Of a DNA stretch of 64,000 nt, positions 1-8,817 are shown in pieces. The position numbers and the translations under genes were made by a program. Source of the DNA: an uncultured bacterium (GTDB lineage: Bacteria; Hydrothermota; UBA3072). Each line of letters starts with the position of its first letter. Position 1 is the first letter of the stretch. Under the pieces are notes generated by a model. The model was not told the origin of the DNA, did not search any database, and saw only the letters and a program-made list of their open reading frames with translations. The stretch spans positions 112,429 through 176,428 of the forward strand of contig CAZSEX010000001.1 of NCBI GenBank assembly GCA_964606065.1. The letters run 5' to 3'.

Positions 1-581
1 CTACTTCTAAAAGCTCTGAACGCTTTTAAGCCTGATATAAGAATCGCGATACCTGTGGGGCAAAAGACGATAAAATTTAGGATTATTTCGTTTGGATTTT
101 TAAAGAAAATCGAAATTATACCGACCATCAGCGGAATTGCAGAAATAATAACGAATCTTCTTAATCCGGAAGAGAAATATATAGATAAAAGAATGGAAAA
201 GATAAAAATTCCCAGGAGGAAACCTTTAAAATGTACCCCGACAAAAAGGTAGCCGAAAAAAGCAAGCAAACCCAATGTTATCGTAATGCCCGAAGGTACG
301 GAATACTTATGCCGTAAAACAGCATAACCCCCTTTAGTCCATGAATATTTAGACCTAAAATATTTCCAGAGCAACAGAGGGGTAACGGAACCGACAATTA
401 TCATTGCTGCGCCGGCTATCTTCAAAACCGGATTTTCTTTATAGATATATATCAAAAAAGCGCCACCGCTTACCAGTAAAAACCATATACCCCAGAGAAT
501 TTCCCAGATTCCGTCCTCCAACCACGACGCCTTTACCCTGTTTTTTAAAGTTTCGATTTTTTCGTTACTTAATGCATCCAT
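1..581 (-). CDS. Hypothetical polytopic membrane protein, 5'-partial in window (runs off the left edge). Starts at ATG 581, preceded by an AAGGGAGAG SD.
   Basis: I translated the minus strand 581->1 by hand: 193 codons with no stop and several hydrophobic helices (ILWGIWFLLVSGGAFLIYIY, ITLGLLAFFGYLFVGV, LLGIFIFSILLSIYF). It is absent from the ORF track, presumably because its stop lies outside the window. A sigma70-like promoter TTGACA-N18-TAATAT sits at 616-645 on the minus strand. Confidence 0.5.
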   Translation of the reverse strand, partial: MDALSNEKIETLKNRVKASWLEDGIWEILWGIWFLLVSGGAFLIYIYKENPVLKIAGAAMIIVGSVTPLLLWKYFRSKYSWTKGGYAVLRHKYSVPSGITITLGLLAFFGYLFVGVHFKGFLLGIFIFSILLSIYFSSGLRRFVIISAIPLMVGIISIFFKNPNEIILNFIVFCPTGIAILISGLKAFRAFRS

Positions 582-722
582 AATCTCTCCCTTTGTTTGT
601 TTTGTAGTTTAGTTTATATTATAAACAAGTTTATACTTTTGTCAAGGGGGAATTTTTGCCACAAAGTCACCAAGACACTAAGGCTTTCAATTGTTGAAAA
701 TTAAAAAGTCAATTTTTAATCC

Positions 723-912
723 GTAGCGCGGGGGTTTATCCTCCGTAAATCGCATGGTAGGGACGAGCCCCAACGCTACTGAGATCATGGAAGTTCGTAG
801 CGCGGGGGTTTATCCCCCGCAAATCGTATGTTGGGGACGAGCCCCAACGCTACTGAGAGCGTGGAAGCGTGTAGCGCGGGGTTTATCCCCCGCGAATCAT
901 CTGGTGGGGACA
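723..912. repeat. Tandem repeat of a 74-bp unit, 2.6 copies. Each unit carries two GC-rich hairpins (CGCGGGGG-TTTAT-CCCCCGCG and GTTGGGG-ACGAG-CCCCAAC) closed by GTAGCG...CGCTAC.
   Basis: Units start at 723, 797 and 871 (GTAGCGCGGGGGTTTATCC...). Copies are about 90 percent identical and the third is truncated. GC-rich palindromes in an AT-rich intergenic region. Confidence 0.8.
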
Positions 913-919
913 ATGAATT

Positions 920-1909
920 TTATATCTTAATCCAGGTTCCTTTTTTATGGCTTTCGATGATTTTATCTATAACTTTCATATTGGCGACTGCGTCTTCGAT
1001 CGGAGTCGGAACCTTTGACTCGTCCAATATTGCCTTGGAAAATGAATCTCCCTGGATTGTATATTGATTGCACGCTTCAAAAATAATTTCTTTAGTTTTC
1101 GTACCTACCTGATGCATAATCTTGCTTTTGTTATCAGGTAAAGGAACAAATGGCATCGGCATTTCTATTTTAACGTCCGCCCCCAATATATCAACGCGGC
1201 TATGCGCTGTCATTTGAGTCGAGCATGTGAATGTGGAAGTGCCCCCTTCGAATTCCAATACGGCGGATACCAGACGATCTATCTTCATTTTGGGATCGTA
1301 TTTAATGGCAGCGCAAACACGAACAGGTTCGCTCCCAAAAAGGAATCGAGATGAAGATATGCAGTAGCAGCCTATATCTAATAAGCCTCCTCCTCCGGTT
1401 TCGAGCTGATTGCGTATATCTTTCGGATTATCATTATAATATGAAAAGATTGAATGAATATTTTTTAACTCGCCAATTTTTCCCTCGTCTAACAATTTTT
1501 TTGCCGTCTGCCATTGGGGGTGAAAACGATACATGCATGCTTCCATTACCTTTAAATCTGAAAATTTCTCCGCTTTTTGCTTAAGACCTTCAGCCTGCTT
1601 GAAATTCATTGAAATTGGTTTTTCGCATAAAACGTGTTTACCCATTTCTAATGATTTAAGCGTCCATTTCGCATGGAGATGATTTGGAAGCGGTATGTAT
1701 ACAGCTTCAATTTCGGGGTCTTCGAGTAATTTTTCGTACGAGCCGTAAGCTCTGGGAATCCGGAGTCGGCGCGCGACATTTTCAGCCTTTTCGATATTGC
1801 GAGATGAAACAGCGCTGATTTGTGAATATTTTCCCTTTTGCATCGCGGGTATTACTTTTTCGACACCGATTTTTGCCGTACCTAATACTCCCCAGGATAT
1901 TTTTTTCAT
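920..1909 (-). CDS. Gfo/Idh/MocA family NAD(P)-dependent oxidoreductase
   Basis: N-terminal Rossmann fold (ISWGVLGTAKIGVEKVIPAMQ ... EAVYIPLPNHLHAKWTLKSLEMGKHVLCEKP), typical of the family. Confidence 0.8.
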   Translation of the reverse strand: MKKISWGVLGTAKIGVEKVIPAMQKGKYSQISAVSSRNIEKAENVARRLRIPRAYGSYEKLLEDPEIEAVYIPLPNHLHAKWTLKSLEMGKHVLCEKPISMNFKQAEGLKQKAEKFSDLKVMEACMYRFHPQWQTAKKLLDEGKIGELKNIHSIFSYYNDNPKDIRNQLETGGGGLLDIGCYCISSSRFLFGSEPVRVCAAIKYDPKMKIDRLVSAVLEFEGGTSTFTCSTQMTAHSRVDILGADVKIEMPMPFVPLPDNKSKIMHQVGTKTKEIIFEACNQYTIQGDSFSKAILDESKVPTPIEDAVANMKVIDKIIESHKKGTWIKI

Positions 1910-1926
1910 TCTGTTTTTCTAAAGAA

Positions 1927-4713
1927 TTAGTTGGATGCTTTTTCTACAGGTCCTGCCGAGGATAATATATTTCTTCTTTTTAATAGCTTCATTAATTCGA
2001 ATATGCCGAGGTATACGGCGGCTGCTCCAAGAACATAAATCCAGTCTAAGAATGAGATGCTCGCGAACGAAAGGAATTTATGGAAAACCGGTCCGTATAC
2101 TCCCAAAAAGACCATACCGGTAGAACCGACTATGGACCACAGAAGTATTTTATTTGTCCAGAAATTCTTACTGAATATCGAATCCTGCTCGAATCTTCGG
2201 GAAAGAATATTCGCGAACTGACAGTATGCTATGGTTAAATAACTGATGGTGGTGGCTTTCGCGTAAAGAAGTGTTTTCTCCATGCCTACATTCAAAGTTA
2301 TTTCGTTTCTGAACATAAAAAGAGCGAAGTTGGTAAATGCCAGCGCCCCTATTATAATCCCCAGAAGTCCGACCTCGAGAGCCGTGAACCGGTTAATTAT
2401 GTAATCTTCCTGATTTCTGGGTTCGGAATTCATTATTCCCTCGGGAGGCGGGTCGTAGGTAAGAAACGTAAGCGGCATTATTTCCGCTAAGAGGTCGATT
2501 GCCAGTATTTGTATGGCGAGAATTGGGATAGCCCAATTTTTCAGAGCTACGGCGGCGAGTCCCAGAATGACGATCGCCAGTTCCGCGCCGTTGGTGGTCA
2601 TGGATGCGAGAACGGTTTTCCTAAGATTAGCGTATATGGTTCTTCCTTCTTTTACCGCGGAGACCAGAGTGGGGAAGCTGTCGTCGAGGAGTACCAGTTG
2701 TGCCGCCTCCTTTGCCACATCCGTGCCTGTTTTCCCCATAGCCACTCCGATGTGCGCGCTTTTTAAGGCTGGCGCGTCGTTTACACCGTCACCGGTTACG
2801 GCAACAATCTGTTTGTCCTCTTCCAGCAGCTTTACAACTCTCAGTTTATCTTCCGGATTCACTCTCGAGAAAATAATCGATTCACTCTTTTTTAATATCT
2901 TCGACAACTCTTTATCGTTCATGTCTTCGAGTTCTTCTCCGGTTACTACCAGCGGTTCCTCTTCTCCCGAAAGCTCTATCTCCTTGCCGACGGCTTTGGC
3001 GGTTATGGCGTGGTCGCCTGTCACTATATAGGTCCTTATTCTTGCCGAGTGACAATCCCTGATTGCTTCCTTTACTCCTTCTTTTGGCGGATCTATCATT
3101 CCCATCAGTCCCAGGAAAATAACGTCTTTTTCTATCTCTTCCATTACGTAATCACTGCCATCGGTTTCCAGAGGGCGGTACGCTATGGCAAGAACTCTCA
3201 GGGCGCGGCTTGAATATTGTTCATTTAATTTTCTTATATTCTCTTTATCCTTCTCTGTTATAGTTTCCTTTTTCCCGTTTCTATATATGTATTTGCTTAT
3301 TGAGAGAACGCTGTCGGTCCCCCCCTTCATTGTCAGGACCTGGCGGTCTTCGAATTGTCTGACGGAACTCATGCGTTTTCTCTCCGAGTCGAATGAGAAT
3401 TCGTGTAATTCGGGATTTTCTTCATCTTCTTTCGGGGACCGGGTTCCTAATTTTGTGGAAAGAGTTATTAATGCCGCTTCCGTGGGGTCGCCTATTGGAT
3501 ACCATGAACCGTGGTTCTCGTCCGGTTCGTGTATTTCCGCGTTGGATGCCATCGTCGCGGCGTCCAGCATAACCTCCATTTCTTCGATTTCTTCATTTGT
3601 GAGAGGTTCTCCGTCTTTTTCTCTGATTTTTCCCTCAGGTTTATAGCCTACGCCGGTTACCTCGTACTCTTTTCCGTCGAACCATACAGTGGTTACAGTC
3701 ATTTCATTTTTGGTCAGGGTTCCGGTTTTATCCGTTGCTATAACTGTTGTCGAACCGAGTGTTTCTACCGAGGAAAGATTTTTGACGACCGCTTTTTTAT
3801 TTGCCAGACGGTTGCTTGCGGTAGAGAGCGCTACTGTAACCTGAGCCGGAAGCGCCTGCGGCACAGCCGCTACAGCGACTCCCAGAGCGTACATCATGCT
3901 GGTAAAAAAACTAAACCCCTGAAGCTGTGAGACAAAGAAGAGGAGTACACTCAGAACTAAAACAATCGCGGTCAAACGGTAGCCCAGAACTTTTAATTCT
4001 CTTTCCAGGGGAGACTCCGCTTTGCCTGTTTCCTCGGTCATTGCCGCGATTTTACCCATTTCCGTGTTCATGCCGGTCGCCACCACGACTCCGAGAGCGT
4101 TTCCGGACGCCACTGTAGTTCCCAGGTAAACCATATTACCTCTGTCCGCCAGAATAGCTTTTTCTTTTATTGCGTTGCTGTGTTTTTCCTGGGGCATGGA
4201 TTCACCGGTAAGAGAAAAATCATTTGTTTCAAGATTAAAAGACTCGATTACTCTAATATCCGCGGGTATCTTGTCTCCTGTTTCGATTTTTATTATATCG
4301 CCGGGAACGAGCTCGTCCTGAGGAATTTCGCTCAATTTTCCGTCTATTATTACCGAAGCCGGAGATTTAATAAGGTCTTTTAGTTTGTCCAGTATTTTTC
4401 CGGCTTTAAATTCCTGAATAAAACCTATTATTGCATTTATAATAACTATAATGAACATTACGGTTCCGTCGCGAAAATTCCCTATAAAATAAGATATTCC
4501 GCCAGCGACTATCAGGAGAATAACCATTACATCTCTGAACTGAGAGATGAATAGAAGCCACTTGGGAACACCGCCTTTGCCCTGAAGTTCGTTCTTCCCG
4601 TATTTTTTTAAGCGTTCCTTTGATTTATCTCTGGGGAGACCTTTTTTAGAGGTACCCAGATTTTCCATGGCTTTTTCCGCGGTTAACTGGTAATATTTTA
4701 TTTCTTCATTCAT
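1927..4713 (-). CDS. Cation-transporting P-type ATPase (type II/III, Ca/Mg-like), 928 aa
   Basis: DKTGTLT phosphorylation site, TGDHAITA, VAVTGDGVNDAPALKSAHIGVAMG hinge, and an N-terminal cation-ATPase domain with 10 predicted TM helices. Confidence 0.9.
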   Translation of the reverse strand: MNEEIKYYQLTAEKAMENLGTSKKGLPRDKSKERLKKYGKNELQGKGGVPKWLLFISQFRDVMVILLIVAGGISYFIGNFRDGTVMFIIVIINAIIGFIQEFKAGKILDKLKDLIKSPASVIIDGKLSEIPQDELVPGDIIKIETGDKIPADIRVIESFNLETNDFSLTGESMPQEKHSNAIKEKAILADRGNMVYLGTTVASGNALGVVVATGMNTEMGKIAAMTEETGKAESPLERELKVLGYRLTAIVLVLSVLLFFVSQLQGFSFFTSMMYALGVAVAAVPQALPAQVTVALSTASNRLANKKAVVKNLSSVETLGSTTVIATDKTGTLTKNEMTVTTVWFDGKEYEVTGVGYKPEGKIREKDGEPLTNEEIEEMEVMLDAATMASNAEIHEPDENHGSWYPIGDPTEAALITLSTKLGTRSPKEDEENPELHEFSFDSERKRMSSVRQFEDRQVLTMKGGTDSVLSISKYIYRNGKKETITEKDKENIRKLNEQYSSRALRVLAIAYRPLETDGSDYVMEEIEKDVIFLGLMGMIDPPKEGVKEAIRDCHSARIRTYIVTGDHAITAKAVGKEIELSGEEEPLVVTGEELEDMNDKELSKILKKSESIIFSRVNPEDKLRVVKLLEEDKQIVAVTGDGVNDAPALKSAHIGVAMGKTGTDVAKEAAQLVLLDDSFPTLVSAVKEGRTIYANLRKTVLASMTTNGAELAIVILGLAAVALKNWAIPILAIQILAIDLLAEIMPLTFLTYDPPPEGIMNSEPRNQEDYIINRFTALEVGLLGIIIGALAFTNFALFMFRNEITLNVGMEKTLLYAKATTISYLTIAYCQFANILSRRFEQDSIFSKNFWTNKILLWSIVGSTGMVFLGVYGPVFHKFLSFASISFLDWIYVLGAAAVYLGIFELMKLLKRRNILSSAGPVEKASN

Positions 4714-4734
4714 TGGAAAATAATAGCGAGAAAG

Positions 4735-5165
4735 TTATATTTTCCCCGGACAATCTTTAATTCTGTTCAGTCCTTCTCTTATTTCGTTTTCATCCAGAGC
4801 ATAGCTGAGACGGATTCTCGAAGGAGCGCCGAACCAGCTGCCCAGATATCCTATTACTTTATAATCCATATAAAGTTTGGTCGCGAATTTTTTAGGTTGA
4901 GACGCTTTCGGAAGCACGTAAAAGGCTCCTTCCGGCTTCCAGAGACTTAAACCCATCTCCTTTAGTCCTTCGTATATTATATCTTTTCTTTCTTCCATAT
5001 TTTGAGCTGATTGGTTACGTATGATTTCGGGCTTTTCATCGCTTTTAGAGCCATATTCTGTCCTACCAGGTTGGTGTTCATGGAAGTGTGTGTTTTCATT
5101 TCGATAATCTTATTCACGAATTTCTGGTCGAGACTCCACAAATAAGCAACACGGACGCCGCACAT
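4735..5165 (-). pseudogene. C-terminal remnant of a class I/II aminotransferase, split across two frames
   Basis: ORFs 4977..5165 and 4735..4998 translate to aminotransferase C-terminal motifs (HTSMNTNLVGQ, GAFYVLPK, RIRLSYA). There is no N-terminal 250 aa, the two pieces are in different frames, and an unrelated ORF sits upstream. Confidence 0.5.
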
Positions 5166-5472
5166 CCTTTTTATCGGATTTTTTTATTTGAGGTCTTTCT
5201 TTTGAGGCTTCTTTTTCCGCTTCTTCCTCTCTTTGAATCGAAGCTTCAACCGACAGAAGAATAATTTTGACATCTTCGAGGGAAGCAAATTTCTCCTCTA
5301 AGAAATCAAGAACTCCTTCTGTTTCTTTTGAAGAAAGAAGAATTTTCATCAGTGTTCTCTCGACTGTTATTTCCTCGTTCCAGTAAGTCAAAACAGGCTG
5401 TTCTTTTAAAGAGGATTCCGCCTCTTCTCTCTTCTCTCCGGGAATAACCATTTCGATTAAACGCAAAGCCAT
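5110..5472 (-). CDS. Hypothetical small acidic protein (120 aa)
   Basis: ORF only, Glu-rich C-terminus, no recognisable motif. Confidence 0.3.
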   Translation of the reverse strand: MALRLIEMVIPGEKREEAESSLKEQPVLTYWNEEITVERTLMKILLSSKETEGVLDFLEEKFASLEDVKIILLSVEASIQREEEAEKEASKERPQIKKSDKKDVRRPCCLFVESRPEIRE

Positions 5473-5894
5473 ACGGTAAATATATCAAAACGAAACAAAT
5501 ATGTCAACAGCACTTCAGATTCGGAGAACCTGGATCCAGCCATTGGTTTTTTACCATTAGGGGCAGTTGCCGAAAGGAATTTGCCACGGGGAGTAATAAT
5601 TATAGGGGGATGGTGTTTAACGCCATGACATTAGGCGTCTGGTAAACCTTTTAAATTCTTCTTTGTTCTTTTGTATATTGTTCCTAAGGATGAAAGCTTC
5701 AGGGTTTAAAATAGTGGATATTCGATGATTTTACTGTATTTAAGTCCGGCTCTGTCTTTAAGGTATACAAGTAATTCTGATCTGAATTATATGGGGACTG
5801 AATTGTAAAAACTCTATGCCCTCTGTGTTCTCCATGTGAGAATTTAATTTTAATTATTGCTTGGTAAAGTTAGGAAAAACTACAATTCCTAAAT

Positions 5895-5921
5895 GTCGTT
5901 GGGGACGAGTCCCAACGCTAC
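5895..5921. repeat. Solo partial copy of the second hairpin of the 74-bp repeat (GTCGTTGGGGACGAGTCCCAACGCTAC)
   Basis: Near-identical to the GTTGGGGACGAGCCCCAACGCTAC part of units at 723-912. Lies in the divergent promoter region upstream of the transglutaminase-like gene. Confidence 0.7.
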
Positions 5922-6067
5922 GGTTTTTTATCTGTGTTGGGCAGTACCTTCAATCATCCTTTATTGTTCTTCCGTGTTCTCTGTGGGCTTTGGTGTTCAA
6001 AATAAGTTCTTTTAAAGCCCTTGACTTTAAAATAAACAAAGTTATTTTTTTTGAAAAAGGAGTAATA

Positions 6068-7474
6068 TTGAGCAAAATAAAAATCTGGGTTCCTGTTATG
6101 CTAATATTGGTAGGAATCAGCGTTATATTTTATATCACTGGAAGTTTTTCTAAACAGAAAGAAGTCTTTTCGGAAGATTTCTTTGAAAAAGGCGCGAATA
6201 CCGAATATCTTGGTGTGTATCTTCAGGGTCATAAAGTGGGGTATCTGGCGTCCAGAATAGACACAGTCGAGAATGGTTACAGGGTCTATTCTACAACATA
6301 CCTTAAACTGGCTCCCGTTCCGGGAATGGAAAAGGAGGTTTCGTACAGAGTGGCTGCCAGTACCGACCTTACGTATAATTTAAAAAGCTTCGAGTTTTCG
6401 ATGACTTCTGGTGATTATTTTTTCGAGGCACAGGGAGAAAGACAAAATGGGAAACTTGCGGTGGATATGAATGTAGCTGGGCAACAAAAAAAGGAAGTGT
6501 ATGATATTAAATCTTCTTATATACCCGCGACAATTGAGGGTCTGGTTAAAACCGGGAAAACGGGTGAATTTCAATTTTTTGATCCCACTCTGCAGTCTAT
6601 ATTTGATATAAAGGTTAAAAATTTAGGTAAAGACACTCTGGATGGAGAACCGGTTACAAAGTACAGCGTCCTGCAGTCGGGAATGGAGATGGTTTTCTGG
6701 ATTTCGGATAAAGGAGAACTTTTGCGTTCCGAATCTCCCATAGGTATGGTCATGAAAAAAGAAGAAAAAGTTGTGAAAGAGGACATCGAAACGGTCGGGT
6801 TTAAATTGTACGATTCCTATGCGATTAGAGTGGATAAAAGAATAAAAAATCCGCGTGAAATAACCATGTTGAAAGTCCGCCTCGATTCGGTCGATTTAAC
6901 AGGACTTCGTATAGAAGATGACAGGCAAACACTGGAAAGTAATGTCCTGACAATCAAGACAGTCGAGCCAGGACAGACGGGTAAGATTCCGAAGGATGTG
7001 GAGGAATTTTTACAGGCGACCGCTTTTATCCCTTCTGCTGATGGAAAGATAAAAAAGATAGCAAAAGAGGTTACAGGAGACAGCAAAGGACTCGAAGCCG
7101 TCGAGAAAATAATTGACTATGTGGATAAAAGGTTGACGGATAAACCCACGTTTTCAATTCCCAACGCTCTCGACGCCTTGAAATCGGGAGAGGGAGATTG
7201 TAATGAGCATGCCGCTCTCACGGTGGCGCTTCTTCGTGCCGTGGAAATTCCTTCCAGGGTCGAAGTGGGACTCGTTTATGTGAGCGGAGCTTTTTATTAT
7301 CATGCCTGGGTGGGTGTTTATCTGGGAGGAAAATGGATATCCACAGATCCGACTTTCGCCCAGCTTATAGCCGATCCTACTCACATAAAATTAGAATATG
7401 GGGGTTTCGAGAATCAGGCGAAACTCTACAGGGTTATAAACAAACTTCAAATCTCGGTTCTGGATTATGATTGA
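6068..7474 (+). CDS. Membrane-anchored transglutaminase-like (cysteine protease superfamily) protein
   Basis: C-terminal core GEGDCNEHAALTVALLRAVEIPSRVEVG...YHAWVGVY...STDPT (Cys-His-Asp). N-terminal TM helix. Start preferred at TTG 6068 (AAAGGAG SD 6056-6062) or ATG 6098. The track's ATG 5861 would run through the repeat element. Confidence 0.65.
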   Translation: MSKIKIWVPVMLILVGISVIFYITGSFSKQKEVFSEDFFEKGANTEYLGVYLQGHKVGYLASRIDTVENGYRVYSTTYLKLAPVPGMEKEVSYRVAASTDLTYNLKSFEFSMTSGDYFFEAQGERQNGKLAVDMNVAGQQKKEVYDIKSSYIPATIEGLVKTGKTGEFQFFDPTLQSIFDIKVKNLGKDTLDGEPVTKYSVLQSGMEMVFWISDKGELLRSESPIGMVMKKEEKVVKEDIETVGFKLYDSYAIRVDKRIKNPREITMLKVRLDSVDLTGLRIEDDRQTLESNVLTIKTVEPGQTGKIPKDVEEFLQATAFIPSADGKIKKIAKEVTGDSKGLEAVEKIIDYVDKRLTDKPTFSIPNALDALKSGEGDCNEHAALTVALLRAVEIPSRVEVGLVYVSGAFYYHAWVGVYLGGKWISTDPTFAQLIADPTHIKLEYGGFENQAKLYRVINKLQISVLDYD

Positions 7475-8204
7475 AATCAAAAATCTTTCCAAGAAATTCG
7501 GAAAGGTTAAAGCGGTCGACAATCTTAATTTAGTAATTACCGGGGGGGAATTATTTGCTTTTTTAGGTCCCAACGGAGCGGGTAAAACCACAACAGTCAA
7601 AATGATTACGGGACTTATATTGCCCACTGAAGGAGAAATTTTTATAAAGGGTATAAGCATGTTGAAAGAACCCGAAAAAGCCAAGAGCTTGATTGCGTAT
7701 ATTCCCGATGAACCTTTTCTTTATCCCGAGTTGACGGGTAAAGAATTCATATTTTTTGTCTCCAGACTTTATGGTATGGAAAAAAATAAGATTGAGAAAA
7801 GAATGGAGTATTTGTTGGAAGAATTCGGTATAAAGGAGTGGATTGATTTTCCCTCTTTGGAATATTCACATGGTATGAGACAGAAAGTGGTATTCTTACA
7901 GGCTTTGATTCATGATCCTGATGTTATTATTATCGATGAACCCATGGTGGGTCTGGATCCGGTTTCAGCTCGGACTGTAAAAAAAATATTAAGGGAGAAG
8001 GTTGACGGCGGGGTTTCTGTTTTTATGTCCACGCATTCTCTCTCTCTGGCGGAAGAAATATCCGATAGAGTGGGGGTAATAGATAACGGGGTTTTAATAG
8101 AAACAGGTGAGGTGTCCGAGCTTAAAAAAAGTTCGGGTGAGACTTATTTGACTTTAGAAGAAATTTATTTTAAACTTACAGAGGAGGAAAAAAGTGCCGT
8201 GTAG
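7467..8204 (+). CDS. ABC transporter ATP-binding protein (ABC-2 type)
   Basis: Walker A GPNGAGKTT, signature YSHGMRQKV, Walker B IIIDEP. 8-nt overlap with the upstream gene. No permease gene adjacent. Confidence 0.9.
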   Translation: MIEIKNLSKKFGKVKAVDNLNLVITGGELFAFLGPNGAGKTTTVKMITGLILPTEGEIFIKGISMLKEPEKAKSLIAYIPDEPFLYPELTGKEFIFFVSRLYGMEKNKIEKRMEYLLEEFGIKEWIDFPSLEYSHGMRQKVVFLQALIHDPDVIIIDEPMVGLDPVSARTVKKILREKVDGGVSVFMSTHSLSLAEEISDRVGVIDNGVLIETGEVSELKKSSGETYLTLEEIYFKLTEEEKSAV

Positions 8205-8817
8205 ATTGGGCGTTTTAGTTTCCGGCAGAGGTTCTAATCTTCAGGCTATTATCGATAAGAGTAAATTCGGAGAAATCGACGCGGAGGTGGCTGTCGTTCT
8301 TTCCGACAACCCGAACGCTCATGCGCTCCAGAGAGCGAAAAAACTGGGGATTGAAGCCCATTATATTGATCCGGAAAACACAAAACCCGTGTTGATCGGT
8401 AAAGCCGAAGATAATTATATTAATGTTTTAAAAAAACATAATGTGGACCTTGTTTGTCTTGCCGGATTTATGAGGGTAGTAAAAGAAAAAATTATATCAG
8501 AATATAAATGGAAAATGATGAACATTCATCCTTCTCTTTTGCCGTCTTTCAAGGGTCTTCGCGCTCAGAAGCAGGCGCTGAATTACGGAGTACGTTTCGC
8601 CGGAGCCACCGTTCATTTCGTTACAGGAAATGTGGATGGAGGTCCAATAATTCTACAGGCTGTGGTTCCGGTTTATCAGGACGATACTGAAGAAATTTTA
8701 TCGAGCAGAATTTTAAGGGAAGAACACAGGATTTATTCTGAAGCTATAGATCTTTTTGCCAAAAACAAATTAAAAATAAAAGAAGGGAAAGTATTTATAA
8801 AGGAAAAAAATGGATAA
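8194..8817 (+). CDS. purN: Phosphoribosylglycinamide formyltransferase
   Basis: LVSGRGSNLQAIID, NIHPSLLPSFKG, HFVTGNVDGGPII (formyl transferase fold). Confidence 0.85.
   Translation: MPCRLGVLVSGRGSNLQAIIDKSKFGEIDAEVAVVLSDNPNAHALQRAKKLGIEAHYIDPENTKPVLIGKAEDNYINVLKKHNVDLVCLAGFMRVVKEKIISEYKWKMMNIHPSLLPSFKGLRAQKQALNYGVRFAGATVHFVTGNVDGGPIILQAVVPVYQDDTEEILSSRILREEHRIYSEAIDLFAKNKLKIKEGKVFIKEKNG

Noticed and set aside
55-252. 65-aa plus-strand ORF
   Set aside because: It is antisense to an uninterrupted 193-codon minus-strand membrane-protein frame with its own promoter and SD.
723-912. Possible CRISPR array (regularly spaced GC-rich palindromic repeats)
   Set aside because: The intervening 'spacers' are themselves conserved between units (they share GGGACGAGCCCCAACGCTACTGAGA). 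There are only 2.6 units and no cas genes, so this is a tandem repeat and not a repeat-spacer array.
2513-3930. Several plus-strand ORFs of 139-172 aa inside 1927-4713
   Set aside because: They are antisense to the P-type ATPase gene, whose motifs are unambiguous, and are typical GC-skewed shadow ORFs.
5861-6067. ATG 5861 as start of the transglutaminase-like gene (as in the ORF track)
   Set aside because: That reading runs through the GC-rich palindromic repeat fragment and precedes the only good SD (AAAGGAG at 6056). TTG 6068 or ATG 6098 is more plausible.
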